From positions 1 through 56,932 of IMG/VR virus record IMGVR_UViG_3300032294_002078: a DNA stretch of 56,932 bases, one strand, 5' to 3'. This stretch comes from a virus. Its lineage: Duplodnaviria; Caudoviricetes. Below the pieces are notes generated by a model. That model was given only the letters and a program-made list of their open reading frames with translations, was not told the DNA's origin and searched no databases. Below, piece by piece: positions 47,056 to 56,125 of the stretch. Each line of letters begins with the position of its first letter. Position 1 is the stretch's first letter. The translations under genes and the position numbers were made by a program.

Positions 47056-48906
47056 ATGGACATCACGCAGCAAATTCTATCAGAGATCACAGTATATAAT
47101 AAATACGCAAAGTATCTACCAGAATTTAAAAGACGTGAAACGTGGAATGAAATAGTTACAAGAAATAAGGAAATGCACCAACAAAAATTTCCTTCTTTAT
47201 TTAATGAAATCGAAGACGTTTATAAACTCGTATATGATAAAAAAATTCTTCCGTCAATGCGCTCAATGCAGTTTGCAGGTAAGCCCATTGAAATTAATAA
47301 TGCTCGTATATTTAACTGCTCTTTTGCTCCTATTGATGACTGGCGTGTATTCTCAGAAGTAATGTTCCTTCTTTTAGGAGGTTGCGGCGTAGGATATTCA
47401 GTTCAACATCACCATGTTGATCAACTTCCTGAAATTATTAAGCCAATTAAAGAAAAACGTTTCTTAGTTGGAGACTCTATTGAAGGTTGGGCTGATGCAA
47501 TTAAAATATTAATGAAATCATATCTTGTAGGTGGACCTAGACCTAAATTTGATTTTAGAGATGTTAGACCTAAAGGAGCAATGTTAATTACAGCAGGTGG
47601 TAAAGCTCCCGGTCCTGAACCTTTAAAGGAGTGTTTATTTCAAATACAAAAAATTCTTGATCGTAAAGAAACTGGCGATAAATTAAAGCCGATTGAATGT
47701 CATGATATTATTTGTTATATTGCAGATGCAGTATTATCTGGTGGTATTCGTCGTGCAGCATTGATTAGCCTATTCTCTTTTAATGATGAAGAAATGCTTA
47801 CATCTAAATTTGGTAATTGGTGGGAGCAAAATCCGCAAAGAGGAAGAGCTAATAACTCAGCAGTTATACTTCGTGATCGTATTCAAAAAGAGGAGTTCAT
47901 GGATCTTTGGAAAAAGATTGAATTATCTAATGCAGGTGAACCTGGATTCTTTTTAACTAATGATAAAGATTGGGGAACTAATCCATGTGCTGAAATTGCA
48001 CTTAGACCATTCCAATTCTGTAACTTGTGTGAAGTCAATGTATCTAATCTTGAATCTCAAGAAGATTTAAATGAAAGAGCTAAAGCTGCTGCATTTATTG
48101 GTACACTTCAAGCGTCATATACAGACTTTCACTATCTTCGTGATATTTGGAAAAGAACAACAGAAAAAGACGCATTAATTGGTGTTGGTATGACAGGTAT
48201 AGCATCAGGTGCAGTATTAAAATTGAATATGAAAGAAGCTGCTCAAATAGTAAAAGAAGAAAATGAAAGACTTGCAAAAGTTATTGGAGTTAATAAAGCA
48301 GCTAGATGTACAACAGTTAAACCTTCAGGAACAACATCAATGGTTCTCGGTACATCATCTGGTGTACACGCGTGGCATGATAATTTCTACATTCGTAGAA
48401 TGAGACTTGGTAAGAACGAAGCTCTTTATACATATCTTTCTATTTATCATCCTGAATTAGTAGAAGATGAATACTTTAAGCCACAATCACAAGCTGTAGT
48501 ATCTGTTCCACAAAAAGCACCTGAAGGAGCAATCACAAGGTCTGAATCAGCAGTTGATCTGCTTCATAGACTTGAAAAGTTACATAAAGAATGGATTAAG
48601 CCTGGACACAGAACAGGTCGTAATACTCATAACGTATCAGTAACAATTTCTCTTAAGCCAGAAGAGTGGCCGGAAGTTGGAGAATGGGCATGGGCAAATA
48701 GAAATAACTATACTGCTTTGTCTTGTCTACCTTATGACAATGGTTCTTATGTTCAAGCTCCTTTTGAAACTATTACTGAAGAAAAATTTAATGAGATTGT
48801 TGGTAAACTTCATGAGGTAGATCTTAGTAAAGTAATTGAAGTCGAAGATAATACTGATCAAAAAGGTGAATTAGCCTGCGCAGGAGGTGCTTGTGAAATC
48901 ATCTAA
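47056..48906 (+). CDS. nrdJ: Class II (adenosylcobalamin-dependent) ribonucleotide reductase
   Basis: PSMR, NCSF, GGIRRAALI, ANNS, TNPCAEI, FCNL.E, TTVKPSGT, C-terminal CAGGACEI; no adjacent small subunit. Confidence 0.88.
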   Translation: MDITQQILSEITVYNKYAKYLPEFKRRETWNEIVTRNKEMHQQKFPSLFNEIEDVYKLVYDKKILPSMRSMQFAGKPIEINNARIFNCSFAPIDDWRVFSEVMFLLLGGCGVGYSVQHHHVDQLPEIIKPIKEKRFLVGDSIEGWADAIKILMKSYLVGGPRPKFDFRDVRPKGAMLITAGGKAPGPEPLKECLFQIQKILDRKETGDKLKPIECHDIICYIADAVLSGGIRRAALISLFSFNDEEMLTSKFGNWWEQNPQRGRANNSAVILRDRIQKEEFMDLWKKIELSNAGEPGFFLTNDKDWGTNPCAEIALRPFQFCNLCEVNVSNLESQEDLNERAKAAAFIGTLQASYTDFHYLRDIWKRTTEKDALIGVGMTGIASGAVLKLNMKEAAQIVKEENERLAKVIGVNKAARCTTVKPSGTTSMVLGTSSGVHAWHDNFYIRRMRLGKNEALYTYLSIYHPELVEDEYFKPQSQAVVSVPQKAPEGAITRSESAVDLLHRLEKLHKEWIKPGHRTGRNTHNVSVTISLKPEEWPEVGEWAWANRNNYTALSCLPYDNGSYVQAPFETITEEKFNEIVGKLHEVDLSKVIEVEDNTDQKGELACAGGACEII

Positions 48907-49099
48907 AGAATTTATAGAAGGAATTCATTATTATTTAGAAAATGGAAGGGTGGTTTTTACCACTCTTTTCCATTTACAGCGTGGATCATGTTGTGGTTCA
49001 AAGTGTAGGCATTGTCCTTATGATCCAGAGTATATAAAGGGCACTACAAAGAAAAAAGATAGAAATTCGGAAGAAAATTTTATATTTGATAAAACATAG
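48887..49099 (+). CDS. Small Cys-rich protein (DUF5522-like)
   Basis: YYLENGRVVFT..FHL.RG.CCG.KCRHCPY; start uncertain. Confidence 0.7.
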   Translation: MLVKSSKEFIEGIHYYLENGRVVFTTLFHLQRGSCCGSKCRHCPYDPEYIKGTTKKKDRNSEENFIFDKT

Positions 49100-49101
49100 A
49101 T

Positions 49102-49305
49102 ATGACGGTTACGATAACTTCAGAATACTTATATTTAACTGTTACTTTAATTTTAATGCTTATTCAAGTAATCCAGTGGAGAAAAGTGGCTAAACTTAAA
49201 AAAGAATTAGAAGATGTTTGGTCACAAATTGGTATATTAGCTATGTCTGCTGGAGGCATGTTAGATAAAATAAAAAAAGATCTAGATGGAAAACAAGACA
49301 AATGA
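49102..49305 (+). CDS. Small membrane protein with coiled coil
   Basis: N-terminal hydrophobic helix. Confidence 0.65.
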   Translation: MTVTITSEYLYLTVTLILMLIQVIQWRKVAKLKKELEDVWSQIGILAMSAGGMLDKIKKDLDGKQDK

Positions 49306-49480
49306 AGAATCAAAAGGCTTAGGTGATACTATTGCTAAAGTTACTCATGCTCTTAAATTAGACGTATTAGCAGAGAAAGTTGCTCACGCAATAGGAGAAG
49401 AAGACTGCGGATGCAATAGACGTAGAGAAAAGCTAAATGAATTGTTTCCTTATAAAAAGAAAGACGAAAACCAACAATAA
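49286..49480 (+). CDS. Small phage protein with CGC motif
   Basis: SKGLGDTIAK...DCGC..RREKLN.LFPY. Confidence 0.7.
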   Translation: MENKTNEESKGLGDTIAKVTHALKLDVLAEKVAHAIGEEDCGCNRRREKLNELFPYKKKDENQQ

Positions 49481-49486
49481 ATAGTT

Positions 49487-51790
49487 ATGAATAAAAGTTA
49501 TGTTACAGTTGATTCGATAGATAAACTTAAAGATCTTATCGAACATATAAAGTCGTGTGAAATAATTGCATTTGATACTGAGACCAATAGTCTTAATCCT
49601 CGTAAAGGTAAGATCATTGGTTTTTCTGTCTCTGGTGAAGTTGGTAAAGGATACTACATGCCAACTATGATATTTAAAGATGATGAACTTCAAGATGCTA
49701 TCATTGAAGGTAAATTAGCGCATGATCTTGCAAAGAAAACCATCTCTCTATTAGTTGGTAAAAAACTAATCATGCATAACGCATCATTTGACGTTAAATT
49801 CGTTAAGTGTTTTTATGATGTAGATTTATTATCAAGTCTTTATGTAGATACTATGCTTCTTGTTCATACAGTAAAAGAAGAAGGCGCAGGCTTCATGGGA
49901 GGTTCTGCATTTGGTCTTAAAGACATTGCTAAGATGATTCAAAAAGATATTGGTCTAGATGTAGAAAAAGCTGCAAATGAAGAGCAAGTTGCTCTTAAAG
50001 AATCAATAAAAAGAAATGGTGGTCAGATAACACGAGAGAACTATGAGATATGGAAAGCAGACCTTGAACTACTTTCAGAATATGCATCAGCAGATACTGA
50101 CTTAACTCTTAGAGTTTATAATCATTTTATCAAAACACTTAAAGATGAAAACCTTGAAAAGTTCTTCTTTGAAGATGAAGTAATGCCTCTTTACAAAGAG
50201 GTTACTATTCCTATGGAACAAGTTGGCATTAAACTTGACATGGAATTAATAAAATCTAGTCGTACTAAAATTACAGAAAAACTAAAAGAATATGCTGATT
50301 CAGTAACAAAAGAACTACTTAAGAATCCAGACGTTAGAGCATGGGTAGTATATAAAGCTCAAGATGCATATCCACCAAATAATAAAGGTACATTTGCTCA
50401 AGAGCTAGTTAAAGAAATGAAGTTTGATTTAGAACAATCTGCTAAAACAGGTAAGTATACTGTAACTAAGTCTGCATTAATGAGGCTTCCTGAATGTTCT
50501 GCTAAACACTTTTTACTTCATGGTGATGCTGCTGTATTAGATCGTGATGTTAGTATGAAGATTAGTATGAAGTTATGGAGAGAAGATAATGACGGCGCTT
50601 ATTTCAACATTCAGTCTAAAGATCAACTTGGTGAAATTGCTTTTGGTGTATTAGGTATTAAACCTTTGTCTACTACAAAAACAGGTAAACCTCAATTTGA
50701 TGACGATACTGTTCAATCAATAGCAGGCAAATATGAATGGGCAAAAAACTTACGCATCTATAATAGACTACTTAAGATTAAGAGTACTTACATGGATCGT
50801 TTCTTAGATGCTCAAGAAGATGGTAGATATTACTTCTATTATAAACAACACGGTACGGTATCAGGACGTTATGGTTCTGATGCTCAACAGCTTCCTAGAC
50901 CTAAAGAAGAAGGTGATGATGAACCAATTGTAATTGAATACAATAACTTGATTCGAGCATTCTTTATTCATGATGAAGGTAATATATTTGTAGATTGTGA
51001 CTATGAATCACTTGAGCCTCACACATTTGCTCACGTATCTGGTGATGAAGGATTAAAAGACATTTTTAGAAATAACTGGGACTTCTATTCTACTATTGCA
51101 ATCAAAACAGAAAAACTAGGTCAGTATTCACCAGATAAAAAAGCACCTAACTTTCTTCGTAAGCTCGAACCTAAGTTAAGAAATAAGGCAAAGGCTTATG
51201 CTTTAGGTATTCCTTACGGTATGGGAGCTTATGCACTTGGTATGACTCTTGGTATTCCTACTAAAGAAGCTAAAAAGCTTGTTGATGGTTACTTAAACGG
51301 GTTTCCTGAACTTAAGAATTGGATGGAAAGATCTAAAAAGCAAGCTAAGGAAAAAGGATATGTTAGTACTCAAGTTGGTCGTATTCGACATCTTCCTAAA
51401 GTAAAAGCAATCTACGATAAAATTGGTGATGACTTACTTGATTGGAATATCAAGAAAGAAATGGAAAGACAATATGGTGTAGATCAAATTAAGAATCTTA
51501 GTAGAGACTATATTAACGGACTAAATAACTCTTGTAACGTACAGATCCAAGGTCTTGCTGCATCAATAGTTAACCGTGCAGCATTAGCTATTAATAGAAA
51601 GTTCATAGAACTAGGTATACGCGGCTGGGTATGCGCTCAGATCCATGACCAGTTAGTTATTGAGGTAGAACACGCCAGATCAGAAGAAGCGGCCAGGATC
51701 GTCCAGGATTTGATGGAGAACACTACTAAACTTAGTATTGATTTAAAAGCACCTCCAGCATTAGCGCATAATCTTCGTGATGGCCACTAA
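49487..51790 (+). CDS. polA: Full-length family A DNA polymerase with 3'-5' exonuclease
   Basis: AFDTET, MHNASFD, YA..D (Exo I-III); GTVSGR, DYESLE (A), R.KAKAYALGIPYG (B), QIHDQL (C). Confidence 0.93.
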   Translation: MNKSYVTVDSIDKLKDLIEHIKSCEIIAFDTETNSLNPRKGKIIGFSVSGEVGKGYYMPTMIFKDDELQDAIIEGKLAHDLAKKTISLLVGKKLIMHNASFDVKFVKCFYDVDLLSSLYVDTMLLVHTVKEEGAGFMGGSAFGLKDIAKMIQKDIGLDVEKAANEEQVALKESIKRNGGQITRENYEIWKADLELLSEYASADTDLTLRVYNHFIKTLKDENLEKFFFEDEVMPLYKEVTIPMEQVGIKLDMELIKSSRTKITEKLKEYADSVTKELLKNPDVRAWVVYKAQDAYPPNNKGTFAQELVKEMKFDLEQSAKTGKYTVTKSALMRLPECSAKHFLLHGDAAVLDRDVSMKISMKLWREDNDGAYFNIQSKDQLGEIAFGVLGIKPLSTTKTGKPQFDDDTVQSIAGKYEWAKNLRIYNRLLKIKSTYMDRFLDAQEDGRYYFYYKQHGTVSGRYGSDAQQLPRPKEEGDDEPIVIEYNNLIRAFFIHDEGNIFVDCDYESLEPHTFAHVSGDEGLKDIFRNNWDFYSTIAIKTEKLGQYSPDKKAPNFLRKLEPKLRNKAKAYALGIPYGMGAYALGMTLGIPTKEAKKLVDGYLNGFPELKNWMERSKKQAKEKGYVSTQVGRIRHLPKVKAIYDKIGDDLLDWNIKKEMERQYGVDQIKNLSRDYINGLNNSCNVQIQGLAASIVNRAALAINRKFIELGIRGWVCAQIHDQLVIEVEHARSEEAARIVQDLMENTTKLSIDLKAPPALAHNLRDGH

Positions 51791-51802
51791 ATATTTATTA
51801 GT

Positions 51803-52129
51803 ATGAAAAAGACACTTATAATTTTATTTTTAGTATCTTTATCAAGTTGTTTTATAACTGAACCAACAGGTTACATAGACTATAGACAAAGAAGAATGTA
51901 TGATTGGGATCCAATCTATGTAGTACCAGGTTATATAGATCCTTTCTTTTATAGAAGAGAGCCTCCAATTATAATTTATAGAGATAGACCTATTCCAGTT
52001 CCTAGACAACCTCAACAACCTAGGAGAAATGCCTTTGGACCAACGGCTCCACCATCTGCTCCAAGAAGTCCTAGAACTGCACCGATAAGAGAGTTTCCTA
52101 GAAAAAAGATAAGTGACTTTAAAGATTAA
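51803..52129 (+). CDS. Pro/Arg-rich lipoprotein
   Basis: MKK + hydrophobic stretch + LSSC lipobox. Confidence 0.7.
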   Translation: MKKTLIILFLVSLSSCFITEPTGYIDYRQRRMYDWDPIYVVPGYIDPFFYRREPPIIIYRDRPIPVPRQPQQPRRNAFGPTAPPSAPRSPRTAPIREFPRKKISDFKD

Positions 52130-52166
52130 TTCATTTACTATTTTATATTTATATAAAAATAAATTT

Positions 52167-52952
52167 ATGAAAACAAAATTATCTATTCTAGTATTAGTAC
52201 TAGTTATTATTTTTAGTAGTTGTACTGTTGTAAGACAAGGTGAAGTTGGTGTAAAAAGAACGATTGGTAAAATTCAACAGAAACCATTAATGGAAGGTGC
52301 TAGGATTTTTAACCCTTTTGTTACAACAATTATCAAACTTCCGACTAGAACCGTAAATATGGAGGTCAGATTACCTTTACCTTCAAAAGAGGGTTTGACA
52401 GTTCAATCTGAAATATCAATATTGTATAGATTAGATGGACAATCTGCACCAAGTGTAATTGAAAAATTAGGAACTAATTATGAACAAGTTGTAATTATTC
52501 CAGTATTCCGTTCTGCTGCTGCTGACATATCGTCTCAATATTTTGCAAAGGATATGCATACGGGACAAAGAGCCGTGATAGAAAGAGACATTAAGAAGTT
52601 AATGGAATCTCAATTAAAAGATAGAGGGTTCACTATTGAATCAGTTCTATTAAAGAGTATCGTTTTACCAACTGGCTTGGCTAAAGCAATTGAAGAAAAA
52701 TTAGAGGCTGAGCAAGATGCACAAAGAATGGAGTTCACACTTAATAAAGAAAGACAGGAAGCAACAAGAAGAATTATTGAAGCAGAAGGCATCAGAAATT
52801 CACAAAAGATTATTTCCGAAGGTTTGACACCAATGTTGTTACAATTCAAGAGTATTGAAGCATGGTTGAAACTTTCAACATCGCCTAATTCAAAGGTTAT
52901 TATAACAAGCGGTAACCAACCATTTGTAATTAATCCCGAATCACAAAGATAA
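52167..52952 (+). CDS. SPFH/prohibitin (band 7) family membrane lipoprotein
   Basis: ATG at 52167; FSSC lipobox; VVRQGEVGV..., SKEGL, AIEEKL.AEQ, EAEGI. Confidence 0.9.
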   Translation: MKTKLSILVLVLVIIFSSCTVVRQGEVGVKRTIGKIQQKPLMEGARIFNPFVTTIIKLPTRTVNMEVRLPLPSKEGLTVQSEISILYRLDGQSAPSVIEKLGTNYEQVVIIPVFRSAAADISSQYFAKDMHTGQRAVIERDIKKLMESQLKDRGFTIESVLLKSIVLPTGLAKAIEEKLEAEQDAQRMEFTLNKERQEATRRIIEAEGIRNSQKIISEGLTPMLLQFKSIEAWLKLSTSPNSKVIITSGNQPFVINPESQR

Positions 52953-52964
52953 AATAATAAATTT

Positions 52965-52989
52965 AAACCGGCTAAATGCCGGTTTTTTT
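52965..52989 (+). terminator. Intrinsic terminator
   Basis: AAACCGGC-TAAAT-GCCGGTTTTTTT. Confidence 0.88.
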
Positions 52990-53053
52990 ATCTTACTTAA
53001 AAGATTAATTTTTTTACTATTTTATATTTGTATATATTTATAATAAATGGCAC

Positions 53054-53581
53054 TGTAGGTAGGCCAAGGTTATAAAATAAACAATCATTAACCGTTTACC
53101 GTAAGGGAACACAAAACAAAAAACATGGGAACATTTAGACCATTTGAGCTCGACCCATTTGATTTATTATGGCGAGACTTATTCGAAAACAATTCACGAT
53201 TCTCTGCAATTACGCAGAAAGTAACACATCCAGTAGACATTTACGAAACACCTAATGGCATTAAATTTGAAGTAGCTGCTGTAGGTCTTGATTCAAAAGA
53301 TATCGATATTCAAATCGATAATGATCAACTTCGTATTAAGTATGAAAAGCCCCAAACAGAAATTGAAGAGGCAGTCATTTATAAAGGTATCAAGCGTTCT
53401 AGCTTTGATTTAACTTGGAAAATTAGTACTAAGTTTGATCTTTCTAAACTAGAAGCACAATTAGACAAAGGCCTTCTTACTCTAGATATTCCAATTGCTG
53501 AAGGTAAAGCAGTAAGAAAGATTGAGATTACAACTCCAAAAAAACAACTAAAATAAGTTATAAATAAAAGGCCTACCTACA
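53054..53581. repeat. 12-bp perfect inverted repeat flanking hsp20
   Basis: TGTAGGTAGGCC (53054-53065) and GGCCTACCTACA (53570-53581). Confidence 0.9.
53125..53556 (+). CDS. Small heat shock protein (Hsp20/alpha-crystallin)
   Basis: PVDIYE, EVAAVG...DI.I, KGI..SSF, A.LDKGLL...IP. Confidence 0.92.
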   Translation: MGTFRPFELDPFDLLWRDLFENNSRFSAITQKVTHPVDIYETPNGIKFEVAAVGLDSKDIDIQIDNDQLRIKYEKPQTEIEEAVIYKGIKRSSFDLTWKISTKFDLSKLEAQLDKGLLTLDIPIAEGKAVRKIEITTPKKQLK

Positions 53582-53588
53582 ACCAGTT

Positions 53589-53783
53589 ATGTTTCAATTA
53601 CACAGAAATTTCATTAACATTAATGGAGACTTGTTTGAGATCAAAAGAACTCTAAAAGAAGAGTTTATGCAAGGTAAAAATCTTGATGATTTTAAAACAT
53701 GGTTTGGAGTAGACGTTGTCTTTAAAAAAGATGCCTTACTCTATTTTTGTATTAAAATAGATGAATTAGAAATATTAAATTAG
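53589..53783 (+). CDS. Small hypothetical protein in the chaperone operon
   Basis: 64-aa ORF with AGTT-ATG start context. Confidence 0.7.
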   Translation: MFQLHRNFININGDLFEIKRTLKEEFMQGKNLDDFKTWFGVDVVFKKDALLYFCIKIDELEILN

Positions 53784-53787
53784 CAAT

Positions 53788-54078
53788 ATGAATAAAATAA
53801 CCCCACTAAATGGCTATATAGTATTAAAGCCAATCGAAAGCGAAGAAGAAACATTTGGTAACATTATTATTCCAGATCTTGGTAAAGAAAGACCTGAGAT
53901 GGGAACAGTAGTAGCAACATCCAATGTTTATAATTACAACACAGACAAACTAGTTATGTCAACTCTTGAAGAAGGAGAAGTAGTATTAATCCCTAAACTC
54001 GGTTCTCAAAGAATCGTATTTGAAGGACAAGACTATTTCATTTGTAAAGAATCAGATATTTTAGGTGTTATTGAATAA
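53788..54078 (+). CDS. groES: Co-chaperonin GroES
   Basis: ITPLNGYIVLKP..EEE.FGNIIIPD..KE.P..G.VVA...ESDILGVIE. Confidence 0.93.
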   Translation: MNKITPLNGYIVLKPIESEEETFGNIIIPDLGKERPEMGTVVATSNVYNYNTDKLVMSTLEEGEVVLIPKLGSQRIVFEGQDYFICKESDILGVIE

Positions 54079-54091
54079 AATAAAAAAGACT

Positions 54092-55723
54092 ATGAGTACA
54101 ACAAAAAACGTTTTTGGAACAGAGCTTAAAGAAAAGTTACTTTCCGGTATAGAAAAGCTAAACCAATCAGTATCATCAACATTAGGTCCTGGTGGTCGCA
54201 CAGTATTAATTCGTGAACAAAATGGTGAAGTTAAAGTTACAAAAGATGGTGTAACAGTAGCTAAAGCATTTCACAAGCTTGAAGATGACATTGAAGATCT
54301 TGGCGCACAACTTGTTAAGCAAGTTAGTATTAAATCTGCAAATGAAGCAGGCGATGGTACAACAACATCTACACTTCTTGCTACTGAAATGATTAAGCAA
54401 GGTCTTAAAGAAATTCGTCAAGGCGTTAATGCTGTTGAGATTAAGAATGAGATTGATAACATTGTTAATGAAGTAGTAAAGGAGATTAAAGAATTAGCAA
54501 CAGAAATCTCTTCAGAAGAGCAAATTAAACAAGTTGCAACTATTTCAGGTAATAACGATCCTGAAGTTGGTAACTTAATTGCTGAAGCACTTGATAAAGT
54601 AGGTCGCGAAGGTGTAGTAACTATTGAAGAATCTAAAACTGGTGAAACTACATTAGAGATTGTTGAAGGTATGCAATTTGATCGTGGTTACAAATCACCT
54701 TACTTTGTAACTAATAATGTAACAATGCAATCTGTGCTTGATAATCCATATATTCTTTTATATGATGGACGTATTTCAACTGCACAAGAGTTATTACAAG
54801 TATTAACTAAAGCAAATTCAGAGAATAGACCTTTGTTGATTATTGCTGAAGATATTGGTGATGAAGCTCTTGCTACATTGATTGTAAATAAAATGCGTGG
54901 TATTGTACAAGTTTGTGCAGTTAAAGCACCAGACTTTGGTGAGCGTAAAACATTAATCTTAGAAGATATTGCTATCTTAACAGGTGGACAAGTTATTTCT
55001 AAAGATAAAGGTTTGAAGCTTGATAAATTGTCTACACAACAACTTGCTCAATATCTTGGTACAACAAGACTTGTAACTGTATCTAAAGAAGAGACTACTA
55101 TCATTGATGGTAAAGGTAATGAGAGAGCAATTGAAGTTAGAGCAGAAGAAATAAAAGAGCAAATTGAAAAAGCTACATCATTCTATGAGAAAGAAAAGTT
55201 GCAAGAAAGACTTGGTAAGTTGATTGGTGGTGTTGCAATTATTTCTGTAGGTGGTAATAGTGATATTGAGATTAGAGAAAAGAAAGATCGTGTAGAAGAC
55301 GCATTATTTGCAACTAAAGCAGCTCTTGCTGACGGTATCGTACCTGGTGGTGGTGCAACACTTTATAGAGTAGCACTTAACCATAGAGCAGAAAGCAATA
55401 GCAATGTAGCAATCGCTAGAGATATTGTTCGCAATGCTTTACAAGCACCATTTATTAAGATTTTATCTAATGCCGGTGTAGAAGATTGGTGGAATTATAT
55501 CCCAAGTGAATTAGTTAATAACAAAATTTATGATGCAAAGAATCATAAAATGGTTGATGCATTTGAATCAGGCATCATTGATCCAGCTAAAGTTGTTATT
55601 ACCGCACTTAAGAATGCAACATCAGTAGCCGGAACTATTTTAACAACTGAGTCTGTTGTATTTGAAAAGAAAGAAAAGAATGACAAGTCAGATCCTATGA
55701 TGGACATGACTATGGGAATGTAA
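54092..55723 (+). CDS. groEL: Chaperonin GroEL
   Basis: [49 protein letters not shown]; ATG at 54092. Confidence 0.97.
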   Translation: MSTTKNVFGTELKEKLLSGIEKLNQSVSSTLGPGGRTVLIREQNGEVKVTKDGVTVAKAFHKLEDDIEDLGAQLVKQVSIKSANEAGDGTTTSTLLATEMIKQGLKEIRQGVNAVEIKNEIDNIVNEVVKEIKELATEISSEEQIKQVATISGNNDPEVGNLIAEALDKVGREGVVTIEESKTGETTLEIVEGMQFDRGYKSPYFVTNNVTMQSVLDNPYILLYDGRISTAQELLQVLTKANSENRPLLIIAEDIGDEALATLIVNKMRGIVQVCAVKAPDFGERKTLILEDIAILTGGQVISKDKGLKLDKLSTQQLAQYLGTTRLVTVSKEETTIIDGKGNERAIEVRAEEIKEQIEKATSFYEKEKLQERLGKLIGGVAIISVGGNSDIEIREKKDRVEDALFATKAALADGIVPGGGATLYRVALNHRAESNSNVAIARDIVRNALQAPFIKILSNAGVEDWWNYIPSELVNNKIYDAKNHKMVDAFESGIIDPAKVVITALKNATSVAGTILTTESVVFEKKEKNDKSDPMMDMTMGM

Positions 55724-55730
55724 AAGAAAG

Positions 55731-55754
55731 CCCCTACTTCGGTAGGGGTTTTTT
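55731..55754 (+). terminator. Intrinsic terminator with cUUCGg tetraloop
   Basis: CCCCTAC-TTCG-GTAGGGG-TTTTTT. Confidence 0.9.
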
Positions 55755-55785
55755 AATATTTATTAGTATAAAATAAATAAAACGA

Positions 55786-56088
55786 ATGAAATCACAACTA
55801 AACGAAGTACAAAAGTTACAGAAGATAGCCGGTATATTAAAAGAAGGTGATTTCCCTTCAGTAGGAGAAATTATTGATGTAGCTGATATAGATTACGATA
55901 TGATGAGCTACTTTTCTAGAACAAATAAAAAGCTAGTAGTCACATTGAAAAATGGTGATAAAGTAGAAAGTACTGTTGGTCCATTGAATAATGATCTTAT
56001 TTTTCATGGTAAATTCCCAGAAAATATCAAAGATAGAGATTACACCATACAAAAAAAAGCTTTTGATAATATAGAAATTGTAGGATAA
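55786..56088 (+). CDS. Hypothetical protein in its own promoter-terminator cassette
   Basis: MKSQLNEVQKLQKIAGILKE N-terminus; ATATTTAT at 55756. Confidence 0.7.
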   Translation: MKSQLNEVQKLQKIAGILKEGDFPSVGEIIDVADIDYDMMSYFSRTNKKLVVTLKNGDKVESTVGPLNNDLIFHGKFPENIKDRDYTIQKKAFDNIEIVG

Positions 56089-56096
56089 AATAAATG

Positions 56097-56125
56097 AAAA
56101 GGCCCTTAATTACGAGGGCTTTTTT
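56097..56125 (+). terminator. Intrinsic terminator
   Basis: GCCCTT-AATTAC-GAGGGC-TTTTTT. Confidence 0.75.

Larger units (their letters stand above)
52121..53029 (+). repeat. 30-bp direct repeat pair (52121-52150 and 53000-53029) flanking the SPFH gene
   Basis: AAAGATTAATT(CA/TT)TTTACTATTTTATATTT, 28 of 30 identical. Confidence 0.85.

Noticed and set aside
40543-51790. Inteins, introns or a split gene explaining the two PolA genes, RNR or helicase
   Set aside because: Each PolA has its own motifs A, B and C. No intein-like insertions or interrupted frames were seen.
884-55162. All other minus-strand ORFs in the track, and 6932..7123 (+)
   Set aside because: Short, almost all nested in well-supported + strand genes, and without recognisable motifs.
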